A stretch of 64,000 nt of DNA from an uncultured bacterium (GTDB lineage Bacteria > Patescibacteriota > Minisyncoccia > Phycocordibacterales > UBA6065). Shown piece by piece: positions 1-8,018 of this stretch. Position numbers and translations under genes: made by a program. The stretch covers positions 50,598 through 114,597 of the forward strand of contig CBIMES010000001.1 of NCBI GenBank assembly GCA_966243015.1. Direction: 5' to 3'. Each line of letters starts with the position of its first letter. Position 1 is the stretch's first letter. Below the pieces are notes generated by a model. That model saw nothing but the letters and a program-made list of their open reading frames with translations. It was not told the DNA's origin and ran no database searches.

Positions 1-2788
1 CAGAAACGAGGACGAATTCGCCGCCGTGGAGGAGTTGCTTGAGCCTCTCTTTAACCGCGTCAGTAAGAAGGACCTCGTCTCGTATTCGGCCATCGTCGAC
101 GGCCTCAACAAGCTGGCAAAGGGGGTGGGCGCGAAGGACGCCCTGTCCGCGCGCGTTGCGCGCTCGCTTGGCTCGGCGCTTCGCGAGGCTGAGGCGCTCG
201 ACAGCACGACCCCTCTGTCAGACTGGAAGAAGACGTGGATCAAGAAAGACGACGACGGCAACAACGTCTGGCGCGACAGGGCGTACGCCGAGAAGCTCCG
301 CGGCGTCGCCGAGGTATTCGAGCTGTACGAGAAGAGCCTCTACGAGGACGGTTACTTCGACTTCGGTGACATGATAATGGGCTTTACGGACAAGCTGCGA
401 ACGCACGCCTCGCTTCGCGCCGAGCTCGAGGAGACGTTCCAGTACGTGCTCGTCGACGAGTTCCAGGACACCAACGGCGCGCAGATGCGACTCGTTGAGC
501 TCCTTACCTCGTCGCCGGTGCACGAGGGCAGGCCTAATGTCATGGCAGTGGGTGATGACGACCAAGCCGTATACAAGTTCCAGGGCGCCGAGCTCGACAA
601 CATCCTCGCCTTCAAGGACCTCTACAAGGAGCCGAAGATCATCGTTCTCGAGGATAATTACCGATCGACGAGACATATTCTCGACGTGGCGGAGCACGTG
701 GTAAGGTTCAACGCTGATCGCCTGACCAACGTCATGCCGTCAATCACGAAAAAGCTCGCGGCGGCGAACAAGGAGCTTCCCGCGGGTTCGATACGCAAGG
801 CGGTTCTGCCGACCGTGCTGCATCAGATGAAGTTTGTGGCAGACGAGGCAAAAAGGCTCATCGACGGGGGAGTCTCGCCCGACGACATTGCCGTCATCTC
901 CCGAGAGCATAGCGAGCTCAAGATGATTGTGCCTTTCCTGCACGAGAGGGGCATTCCGGTCTCGTACGAGCGCCAGAGGAATGTCCTTCACGAGGGTCAC
1001 GTGCGCGAACTCGTCACTATCGCTCGGTATATTCACGCCAGGGCGGGGGAGGACGCCTTCGCGCTCGACTCGCTCCTGCCCGAGATACTCAGGTACCCGT
1101 TCTGGGGCGTGTCCGAGAAGGACATATGGCAGCTTGCCCGCCTCGCCCGAGACGAGAGGGTCTCATGGACCGAGGCCTTGGGCATGAGCGGGGGCCGGCT
1201 CAAGGAAATTGGTGATTTCCTCGGCTCGCTCGCCTCGCGTTCCCACAGCGAGACGGCCGAGTTCATCCTCGACAATCTCGTGGGAACCCTGTCCGTGTCC
1301 GTCGACGGTGACGAGGAGGGGTCCCCGGCGCGTCTCGAGTTTAAGAGCCCCTTCCGCTCTTTCTACTGGAGCGAGGACAGGCTTCGTGAGCACAAGGCCG
1401 AGTATCTTGCCTTCCTCTCGAGCCTGCGCGCCTTCGTCGCGGCCCTTCGCGAGTACAAGTCGGGTGCTCCGCTCGCCCTGGCTGACCTCATTGAGTTTGT
1501 CGACCTGCGCGAGAAGAACAACGTACCGCTGCTCGACAACTCGCCGTTCGCCCAGTCGGTTAAGTCCGTCGCCCTTCTTACGGCGCACAAGGCGAAGGGC
1601 CAGGAGTTCGGCACCGTTTTCATATTGTCCTGCCAGGACGACGTCTGGGCCGGGTCATCGTCTCGCAACAAGCTGCCGTTCCCGATAAACCTGCCAATCA
1701 CGCCGTCCGCCGACGCGCTCGGCGACTTCGTGCGCCTGTTCTTCGTGGCGGTTACCCGCGCGCGTCACACGCTCTATCTTGCGGGGTACGAGATGGAGGA
1801 GTCAGGCAAGCAGTCTCTGCCGCTCCGCTTTCTCTCGTCGGGCGACGCGTCCTCCGAAGTGTTCGGGAGAATCGAGGACGTCACCCCTCCGGACCCCGGC
1901 CATGTCGAGACCCTCGAGCTCGCGGGCAGACGAGAGTCGCTCGTGCCGAAGGTCAAGGACGAGAAGGCTCTCTTTCAGCAGATTCTCGCCGACTACCGTA
2001 TGTCGGTCACCCATCTGTCGAACTTCCTCGACCTGGGAAGGGGAGGCCCCCGCTATTTCTTCGAGCAGAACCTTCTCTATTTCCCTCAGGCAAAGACGCC
2101 GTCCGGCTCTTTCGGAACGGCTGTCCACGAGACGCTCAAGAAGGTTCAGCTTCACGTCAGGGCGAACGATGCGCTTCCGTCAGACGAGGAGGTTGAGCAG
2201 TGGTTCGCGCTCCTTCTCCGGTCAGAAAGGCTCTCTCCGGCGGACGAGAAGCATTACTTCGCCAAGGGTCTCGACGTGCTCGCGGCGTACCTCAAAGAGC
2301 GAGGCGCGGGTATGCGCGCCTCGGACGAGGTCGAGGTCAATTTCAAGCACGAGGGCGTGTGCCTGGGCGACGCCCGCATCGAGGGAAAGATTGACCGCAT
2401 CTCGTTTGACGGGAACGACATCGTCGTCACTGACTACAAGACCGGCTCCGCCGTGTCTGACTGGGACTCAAGGGACGCCTACAAGCGGGCAAAGGTTGCC
2501 CGCTACAGGCGACAGCTCCTCTTCTACAAGCTCCTTGTCGAAGGGTCAGAGCGCTTTAGGGGCAGAAAGGCCTCGCGCGGCGTCATTGAGTTCGTCGAGC
2601 CCGAGGACGGTCGCATTGTCACGCTTTCCATGGAATTCCCTCAGGAAGAAGTCGATCGACTCTCGCTCCTCATTCAGGCCGTGTTCAAGAAGATTGTCGC
2701 GCTCGACCTCCCGGACGTTTCCGCGTACGGCCATGACGAAAAAGAGATCGCCCGTTTCGAGGACGATCTCATTTCCGGAGCAATCTAG
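1..2788 (+). CDS. UvrD/PcrA-type ATP-dependent DNA helicase fused to a C-terminal PD-(D/E)XK nuclease domain (AddA/RecB-like); 5' end truncated by window edge
   Basis: Helicase motifs DEFQDTN (II), YRSTRHIL (IV), TAHKAKGQEFGTVFIL and VAVTRARHTLYL (V/VI) are present, but Walker A is absent, so the N-terminus lies upstream of the window. The C-terminal region (IEGKIDRISFDG..IVVTDYKTG) looks like a PD-(D/E)XK nuclease. The annotated GTG at 26 is probably internal. Confidence 0.75.
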   Translation, partial: RNEDEFAAVEELLEPLFNRVSKKDLVSYSAIVDGLNKLAKGVGAKDALSARVARSLGSALREAEALDSTTPLSDWKKTWIKKDDDGNNVWRDRAYAEKLRGVAEVFELYEKSLYEDGYFDFGDMIMGFTDKLRTHASLRAELEETFQYVLVDEFQDTNGAQMRLVELLTSSPVHEGRPNVMAVGDDDQAVYKFQGAELDNILAFKDLYKEPKIIVLEDNYRSTRHILDVAEHVVRFNADRLTNVMPSITKKLAAANKELPAGSIRKAVLPTVLHQMKFVADEAKRLIDGGVSPDDIAVISREHSELKMIVPFLHERGIPVSYERQRNVLHEGHVRELVTIARYIHARAGEDAFALDSLLPEILRYPFWGVSEKDIWQLARLARDERVSWTEALGMSGGRLKEIGDFLGSLASRSHSETAEFILDNLVGTLSVSVDGDEEGSPARLEFKSPFRSFYWSEDRLREHKAEYLAFLSSLRAFVAALREYKSGAPLALADLIEFVDLREKNNVPLLDNSPFAQSVKSVALLTAHKAKGQEFGTVFILSCQDDVWAGSSSRNKLPFPINLPITPSADALGDFVRLFFVAVTRARHTLYLAGYEMEESGKQSLPLRFLSSGDASSEVFGRIEDVTPPDPGHVETLELAGRRESLVPKVKDEKALFQQILADYRMSVTHLSNFLDLGRGGPRYFFEQNLLYFPQAKTPSGSFGTAVHETLKKVQLHVRANDALPSDEEVEQWFALLLRSERLSPADEKHYFAKGLDVLAAYLKERGAGMRASDEVEVNFKHEGVCLGDARIEGKIDRISFDGNDIVVTDYKTGSAVSDWDSRDAYKRAKVARYRRQLLFYKLLVEGSERFRGRKASRGVIEFVEPEDGRIVTLSMEFPQEEVDRLSLLIQAVFKKIVALDLPDVSAYGHDEKEIARFEDDLISGAI

Positions 2789-2803
2789 GCCTCTGCCTGG
2801 ACG

Positions 2804-3610
2804 CTATTTCTTGCCACCGAGGATGATGTCGATGGTGCCCTTGATGTAGTCGATAGGGAGGGCGCCCGAGATGGCGACGATCGTTCGCTCCTTGTTGATG
2901 GAGACGGGGAGGCTTCCATCGGGAAGCTTGAGCGATGCGTAGAGGAGAGTCACGTCGTCAGCCGTCTTCTGCGAGAGAGGCTTTGCGAGGACGAGGAAGC
3001 TCGAAGGGGTTCCGTTCGCGCCGGCGTTCTGCGCGTCCGAGACACTCTGGGCGATCTCGGCGACGTGCTTGTCGCTGTTGAGGCAGGCGTTGAAGGCGGT
3101 CATATCAAGACCGAGGCCTCGGGCGATCTCGGGAAGCTTCGCTGGGTCGAGCCCGTCATTTGCGGGGGTAATCGCGAAGATCTGGTCGATATATGGCCAG
3201 AACTTGCCCTGGTCGGCGGCACATTCGGTTGCCTGCGCCTCCTTCGGAGCCTTCGAGTGAAGCTGGACTATAGGGAAGTGTCGGTACACCCACGATACCT
3301 TTCCGCTCGTGCCGTAGTCCTTCACGACGGTCTGGAGAGTGTTGTGAAAGTTCCTGCAGAACGGGCACTCGGTGTCAGAGTACTCGACGATGACGATGTC
3401 GGCGTTCGCGCTGCCGAGAATGTTGTCGCTCTCGGTGACGGGCGGGATGGTAATGTCCCTCTGGGCTCGGGCGAGCGCGTTTGCGTTGCCAGATGTCGAG
3501 GTACCCGACTTGCCGCTCATGTACACTGCTCCTCCGATGAGAAGTCCCGCGATGACGATGGCGATCGGAACCGCGAGTGACTGCTGCTTGGTTGATGGGG
3601 TGTCTTGCAT
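2804..3610 (-). CDS. DsbA-like thiol:disulfide oxidoreductase with N-terminal membrane anchor
   Basis: An N-terminal TM helix is followed by a thioredoxin fold with the CPFC (CxxC) active site in 'DTECPFCRNFH'. Confidence 0.75.
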   Translation of the reverse strand: MQDTPSTKQQSLAVPIAIVIAGLLIGGAVYMSGKSGTSTSGNANALARAQRDITIPPVTESDNILGSANADIVIVEYSDTECPFCRNFHNTLQTVVKDYGTSGKVSWVYRHFPIVQLHSKAPKEAQATECAADQGKFWPYIDQIFAITPANDGLDPAKLPEIARGLGLDMTAFNACLNSDKHVAEIAQSVSDAQNAGANGTPSSFLVLAKPLSQKTADDVTLLYASLKLPDGSLPVSINKERTIVAISGALPIDYIKGTIDIILGGKK

Positions 3611-3666
3611 TGATGTGTCTAAATCTTTGTATAATGTACAGGTAAGTATATCATCTTTCCCTCGCC

Positions 3667-4146
3667 ATGAAATCGATCAAACAAATGGAGATGCTGGGCT
3701 CGGTCGCGCCTGATTTCACCCTTCCCGACGAGGACGGGCAGATGCGCTCGCTTTCGGACTATCGCGGCCAGAACGTAATCCTGTACTTCTACCCCAAGGA
3801 TTTTACGTCAGGCTGCAGTCTCGAGGCCCAGGAGTTCCGCGACCACGAGTACGAGATAGGCGATCTTAATGCCGTGGTTCTGGGCGTGAGCCCCGACGAC
3901 AGCGACTCGCACAAGGAGTTCTGCCAACAGCAGGGCCTCAACTTCACCTTGCTCGCCGACACGGAGGGCGAGGCTGCCCAGTTGTATGACGTGTGGCGTG
4001 AGAAGTCGGTGTTCGGCGTAAAGCACGCCGGCGTCGAGCGAACGACGTTCCTCATAGACGAGAAGGGCATCGTGCGAAAACTATACGCAAACGTGAAGCC
4101 CGCGGGCCACGCCGTCGCGGTTATCGAGGATCTACGAAAGCTCTAG
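3667..4146 (+). CDS. bcp: peroxiredoxin Bcp (thiol peroxidase)
   Basis: FYPKDFTSGCSLEAQEFRD matches the Bcp/AhpC-TSA peroxidatic cysteine motif; a divergent promoter region precedes it. Confidence 0.85.
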   Translation: MKSIKQMEMLGSVAPDFTLPDEDGQMRSLSDYRGQNVILYFYPKDFTSGCSLEAQEFRDHEYEIGDLNAVVLGVSPDDSDSHKEFCQQQGLNFTLLADTEGEAAQLYDVWREKSVFGVKHAGVERTTFLIDEKGIVRKLYANVKPAGHAVAVIEDLRKL

Positions 4147-4398
4147 GGCATCTTCGGTTCGGGCAACCCTCTTTTCGAGTTTCGCGTGCTCTGCGCGCGA
4201 AACCTTGTTGAGGGCATGGTCGTCAATACGGTTCGAGAGAGCCGTGAATTGATAGTCCATCTTTGCCTCGAGCCTCTCTTCGAGCTTATCGATGCGCACA
4301 TCAAGTCGTGATATCTCCATGCGAAAGTCGCCCCGAAGCTCCTGAAAGCCTTTCTGGACCATGATGGCGAGCATGTCGATGGTAATGCGCGGACTCAT
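4132..4398 (-). CDS. small coiled-coil protein, paralog A of a 3-member family (88 aa)
   Basis: An internal ATG in the 329-aa track ORF gives MSPRITIDMLAIMV.. followed by a heptad-rich coiled coil. The first ~15 codons and upstream region are near-identical at nucleotide level to 11249..11521. A TACTAT hexamer lies 7 nt upstream of the ATG. Confidence 0.6.
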   Translation of the reverse strand: MSPRITIDMLAIMVQKGFQELRGDFRMEISRLDVRIDKLEERLEAKMDYQFTALSNRIDDHALNKVSRAEHAKLEKRVARTEDALELS

Positions 4399-4409
4399 GC
4401 CCAGATAGT

Positions 4410-4436
4410 AACATCGACCCGCTGAGGGTCGATGTT
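4410..4436 (-). promoter_or_regulatory. perfect 11-bp inverted repeat AACATCGACCC-N5-GGGTCGATGTT immediately upstream of the paralog A start
   Basis: Seen directly in the sequence. An identical stem with a different 5-nt spacer recurs upstream of paralog B. It lies between the putative -35 and -10 positions, so it is operator-like. Confidence 0.5.
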
Positions 4437-4490
4437 CACATTTTGATGTGCTTTTTATTTTGTCCGGCCAAAGGCCTTGTTTGGGCTTCC

Positions 4491-5066
4491 CTAGAATCCG
4501 AGCGAGAACGTCATGGCGCTCTCGGCCTTCTTCTCCCAGTCCTTTGTGTCGAGCTTCATCTCCTTGACTGCGAGGCCGTCCTTCCACTTGAGGCTTCCGT
4601 TCTTGAGGGCGTAATCGTAGATCTCCTTGGTGACCTTCACGTCGTCGGTGCAGTACTTGATGAGCTTGTCGAACTCTTTGTTCTTCCACCAGGTGATCGC
4701 CTCGAGTCCGTGACCTGACTTGCCGTATCCGAGGGTCGCCTCGGCGAGGGTGTCGAGCTTGATGCGGAAGCCGATGGCTTTCTTTACCTCCTTGAGGAGG
4801 TCGAGGCTCTTGATCTTCGTGAGATCGCCCGGATAGTACTTGTCGAGGAGAGGAATGTCGAAGTGGTCGCCGTTGAAGGTGATGAGCATGTCGGCGTTCT
4901 CGAGGATCGGCCAGAGCTTGCCGAAGTCCTCCTGGAAGAAGTGCTTGTACGAGTCGGTCTCGTACTCGTAGGTGCAGACCACGGAGATGTCGAGGTCCTT
5001 TGGGTCGTTTGATCCTACGTCCTGGAAGAGGTTTCGGGTTTCGATGTCGAAGATGACTTTGCGCAT
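4491..5066 (-). CDS. 3'-5' exonuclease, RNase H-like fold (PolB-exonuclease-domain-like, YprB-type)
   Basis: KVIFDIETRNLF, FNGDHFDIPLL and YCTDDVKVT match DEDD-type exonuclease motifs Exo I-III. Start is chosen at the internal MRKVIF (ATG at 5064-5066); the track ORF extends to 5129. Confidence 0.65.
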   Translation of the reverse strand: MRKVIFDIETRNLFQDVGSNDPKDLDISVVCTYEYETDSYKHFFQEDFGKLWPILENADMLITFNGDHFDIPLLDKYYPGDLTKIKSLDLLKEVKKAIGFRIKLDTLAEATLGYGKSGHGLEAITWWKNKEFDKLIKYCTDDVKVTKEIYDYALKNGSLKWKDGLAVKEMKLDTKDWEKKAESAMTFSLGF

Positions 5067-5127
5067 GGATTCTTTGGGCTTCTGTCTTACGGTGGTTAAT
5101 TTTATGGAAGCATTGTAGCATGAGGCC

Positions 5128-5892
5128 ATGGATACGGTACTGAATCTCTATAAAAGGAAGAGCGAGACGCCGCTCCAGACGACGGAGCGCTTTGTGCAGG
5201 CGCGGCCCGAGTACTCGGGCCAGAAGATGACCTACGCGGGAAGGCTCGACCCGATGGCTGAGGGCGTCCTTGTCGTCCTCGTGGGCGACAAGGCAAAGGA
5301 GCGAGATTCCTATACGGGTCTCGACAAGGACTACGAATTCGAGCTTGTCTTTGGCGTGGAGACTGACACGCTGGATACCCTTGGTCTTATTACGGCCTCT
5401 CGTGAGGCAAAGCCGCTTCCAACCCTCGACGAGGTGAATGCCGCCCTCAGAAAATATGTTGGCACATTTGAGCAGCAGTATCCCGCGTATTCCTCAAAGG
5501 TGGTGAACGGCGTCTCTCTCTTTGAGTACGCGCGCCGCGGCACCATAAGCACCATCACGATCCCAAAGCACGAAGTCACGGTGTCAAAGCTCGAGGCGAC
5601 AGGCGCGAGCGATGTGAGCAGGGAGGAGTTGGGCCAGAAGATCCTCTCGTCGATAGCGGCAGTTCGCGGTGACTTCAGGCAGGGTCATATAGTCGAGGCG
5701 TGGGAAGGGTATCTGACTAAATCGGCACCCGCCACTTTCAAGGTTTATCGACTCTCGGTGTCCTGCGGCAGTGGCTTCTACGTCAGGCAGCTTGTGTCTG
5801 ATCTGGGAAAGGATTTCGGGCTCGGCGCGGTCACGCTCTCTATCGTGCGAACGCGAGTGGGGTCGTATTCGCTCGCGGACTCGATCCGCTAG
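5128..5892 (+). CDS. truB: tRNA pseudouridine(55) synthase TruB
   Basis: YAGRLDPMAEGVL matches the catalytic Asp motif (HTGALDPLATGML in E. coli); DKDYEFELVFGVETDTLD and FEYARRG match TruB blocks. Confidence 0.85.
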   Translation: MDTVLNLYKRKSETPLQTTERFVQARPEYSGQKMTYAGRLDPMAEGVLVVLVGDKAKERDSYTGLDKDYEFELVFGVETDTLDTLGLITASREAKPLPTLDEVNAALRKYVGTFEQQYPAYSSKVVNGVSLFEYARRGTISTITIPKHEVTVSKLEATGASDVSREELGQKILSSIAAVRGDFRQGHIVEAWEGYLTKSAPATFKVYRLSVSCGSGFYVRQLVSDLGKDFGLGAVTLSIVRTRVGSYSLADSIR

Positions 5893-5909
5893 CCGGGATC
5901 TTCATGGGC

Positions 5910-6368
5910 CTATATGCGGCCCGTGAGACCCGCGTCCTCGATGAAGCTCTGCATGGTCGGCTGTCGGGCCGCCAGTCGCGCGCCCTCGTCGGTGAGCATG
6001 ATGATGAAAAGCGAGCCCGCGACGATGACGAGGCTCACGAGCCATTTGCCCGGCGCCTTCCACGTCGTCTTGGTCCAGACCGTGTGCATGACGAAGATAG
6101 AGTAAATAGACACGGAGAAGGGCAGGACGAGGCAGATTACGAACGCCATGCCGCTCAGCATGAAGGGTATTCCCTGGAGGGCCGTCGACCCAAACGCGAT
6201 GCGCCAGAGGAAGCGGAGGGCGAGGATAAGGCTGTCTATGTAATAGAAGGCAAAGTACCCGAAGGCGACCAGGTGAAAGGTCGTCGCCACCGACCTCATG
6301 CTTGGGGCGAAGTAGAAGTGGATGAGCTCCTGAAAGTAGGACGTTTCGGTTTTCTTGCTGTCTGCCAT
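5910..6368 (-). CDS. hypothetical integral membrane protein (about 4 TM)
   Basis: Hydrophobic helices are evident; convergent with truB; TATAAT lies 11 nt upstream of the ATG. The overlapping + strand ORF 5904..6557 is Arg/Asp/Glu low-complexity and was rejected. Confidence 0.5.
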   Translation of the reverse strand: MADSKKTETSYFQELIHFYFAPSMRSVATTFHLVAFGYFAFYYIDSLILALRFLWRIAFGSTALQGIPFMLSGMAFVICLVLPFSVSIYSIFVMHTVWTKTTWKAPGKWLVSLVIVAGSLFIIMLTDEGARLAARQPTMQSFIEDAGLTGRI

Positions 6369-6416
6369 GAGAGGCTTATATTATATGGGTTTTACGGGGT
6401 TTGGTCAAACGATCTG

Positions 6417-6444
6417 ATTGACTTTTGGCCTGTTTCGTGTATAC
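6417..6444 (+). promoter_or_regulatory. sigma70-like promoter (TTGACT-16-TATACT) for the RRM gene; about 85-nt 5' UTR
   Basis: The hexamers and the 16-nt spacing are read directly from the sequence. Confidence 0.5.
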
Positions 6445-6531
6445 TTAACCCATCGTTAGTTTCTCGGAGGAAAGACAAGTTTCTGCCAAAGGGAAGGACG
6501 GCGATAGTTACAAGTTTAGTTAAGAATCACA

Positions 6532-6825
6532 ATGGCAAAGAAACTTTACGTCGGTAATCTCTCGTACGGTACCACCTCTGAGACCCTCAAGGCTGGTTTC
6601 GAGGCAGCGGGTGCTGTTATCTCAGCATCTGTTCTCACCGACAAGATGACCGGCCGATCACGAGGCTTCGGCTTCGTCGAGATGGAGGACGCGGACGCTG
6701 ACAAGGCGATCGCTATGTTCGATGGTAAGAACTTCGAGGGCCGAGACATCAAGGTCAACGAGGCTCGCCCTATGGAGGAGCGACCACGACGCGACTTCAA
6801 CGGTCCAGCACGAAGGAGCTTCTAA
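6532..6825 (+). CDS. RNA-binding protein with RRM (RNP-1/RNP-2) domain
   Basis: LYVGNLSY (RNP-2) and RGFGFVEM (RNP-1) are present; an Arg-rich tail follows. Confidence 0.9.
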   Translation: MAKKLYVGNLSYGTTSETLKAGFEAAGAVISASVLTDKMTGRSRGFGFVEMEDADADKAIAMFDGKNFEGRDIKVNEARPMEERPRRDFNGPARRSF

Positions 6826-6849
6826 ATGAACCCTTCGGTCTAACCGACG

Positions 6850-6882
6850 AAAGGCCGCCCTTACGGGCGGCCTTTCGCTTTG
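6850..6882 (+). terminator. rho-independent terminator (GGCCGCCC-TTAC-GGGCGGCC plus U-tract)
   Basis: GC hairpin followed by TTTCGCTTTG, immediately after the RRM gene. Confidence 0.7.
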
Positions 6883-6931
6883 CAAAAAAGCCGCGCTGGT
6901 GTAGTCTTCTGATGAAACCTTCTTTATATAC

Positions 6932-7333
6932 ATGTACACACACGAGCTCACACGGGTATTGGGTCGTCCTCGTCGCTGGGAAAAAAGCCGGAGACAGTTT
7001 CGCCAGATGAGAAAAAGCTTTGATAAACTCAAGGCCGAAATCAGCAAGGTAATCGAAAGGTTCTGCAAGGGCAACAGCGCGATATCCTGGGACTGGATCG
7101 CGGATCCCGATGGTGGCGGGCGGCTCGCCTTTGTCCTTTGGGTGAAAGCGAAGCGCGAGGCGGCCATTGGGCAGTATGACGAAAAAATCAGTAGCCTGGT
7201 CAAGTGGCTCAGGCAAAGCATGGGTAAGTTCGTTAAAGTCACGCGACGGAAAGAGCCGCAGGAACTTACCAAAAGGGGCACCTTGCTCCCCATGGATAGC
7301 TTCCGCGCATTCGACCTCGCCCTTATCGGATAG
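6932..7333 (+). CDS. hypothetical protein
   Basis: The ORF ends just before a bidirectional terminator at 7344-7376 and has TATATA upstream. Overlapping minus-strand ORFs are also plausible, so the call is weak. Confidence 0.35.
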   Translation: MYTHELTRVLGRPRRWEKSRRQFRQMRKSFDKLKAEISKVIERFCKGNSAISWDWIADPDGGGRLAFVLWVKAKREAAIGQYDEKISSLVKWLRQSMGKFVKVTRRKEPQELTKRGTLLPMDSFRAFDLALIG

Positions 7334-7343
7334 TCGTTCAAGT

Positions 7344-7376
7344 AAAAAAAGGCTCACCACGGTGAGCCTTTTGTTA
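7344..7376. terminator. bidirectional terminator AAAAAAAGGCTCAC-CACG-GTGAGCCTTTT (member of a recurring GGCTCAC hairpin set)
   Basis: 7-bp GC stem with an A-tract before and a T-tract after. The same stem recurs at 30552..30569 and 44785..44802. Confidence 0.65.
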
Positions 7377-7385
7377 TTCCTGACC

Positions 7386-7940
7386 CTACTTCATAAACAG
7401 TATCCTCGACTGGGTGAGTGCCGCCACGGTCTGTATGCTGCCCATGACAAAGAAGAGGGCAGTGAAGGAGCTGTAGGTGATGAGAAAGCCTCCGATGATG
7501 ATGGCGATGCCCGTGACGATGTTCGGGAGACCCTCCGCCAGGCCCCACACGATGCCGTCCTCGCTCTCGGTTGAATACTCGTCGAGGAGTGCGTCCCAGG
7601 TCGGCGTAGAGAGGGCTGAGGCTATACCCAGGCCCGCCTGTACGATAAAAAGCTCGAGTGGGTTCGAAACGAAGATGTATGCGAAGGTCATAAGGGCGTT
7701 GAGCCAGTAGCCCGCCACCATGATCTTGCGCTTGTCGTACTTGTCCGAGAGCTTGCCTACGAGGATGGATATAATGCCCGAGATGACGAGGAAGATAGAC
7801 CAGGCGGCCGAGATGTCGAGTATGTCGCCGCCAATGCGCTCCGAGAAGACCGCGAGCAGGGGACCGAACATACCTTCGCCGAGGTACCAGATATTGCTGC
7901 CGTTAAGGAGGTTCTGAACCTTACTGTTTATCTTTTTCAT
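7386..7940 (-). CDS. MFS-transporter-like 6-TM protein (half-size; possible truncated transporter)
   Basis: 184 aa with about 6 hydrophobic helices resembling the C-terminal half of an MFS permease. No N-terminal half lies upstream, where the typA terminator sits instead. Confidence 0.5.
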   Translation of the reverse strand: MKKINSKVQNLLNGSNIWYLGEGMFGPLLAVFSERIGGDILDISAAWSIFLVISGIISILVGKLSDKYDKRKIMVAGYWLNALMTFAYIFVSNPLELFIVQAGLGIASALSTPTWDALLDEYSTESEDGIVWGLAEGLPNIVTGIAIIIGGFLITYSSFTALFFVMGSIQTVAALTQSRILFMK

Positions 7941-8018
7941 ATATGTTGGTACCTAGTATAGCGCCGAACTCGGACGGCAAAAAGCCCGCATGCGCGGGCT
8001 TTTCGTTTGATATTGAAT

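Noticed and set aside
1779-2849. 356-aa ORF and many other Ser/Arg/Thr-rich ORFs overlapping the helicase, giant protein, valS, tsaD, ftsA/ftsZ, gyrA and lepB loci
   Set aside because: These are alternate-frame or antisense open frames expected in ~60% GC DNA. Each overlaps a gene with strong family-specific motifs.
4132-5121. 329-aa minus-strand ORF overlapping the exonuclease gene in another frame
   Set aside because: Extremely Arg/His/Pro-rich, a typical high-GC alternate-frame artefact. Only its last 88 codons (4132..4398) form a plausible protein; the exonuclease frame 4491..5066 has clear catalytic motifs.
5904-6557. 217-aa plus-strand ORF
   Set aside because: Arg/Asp/Glu low-complexity. 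The antisense frame encodes a hydrophobic multi-TM protein with a TATAAT-proximal start.
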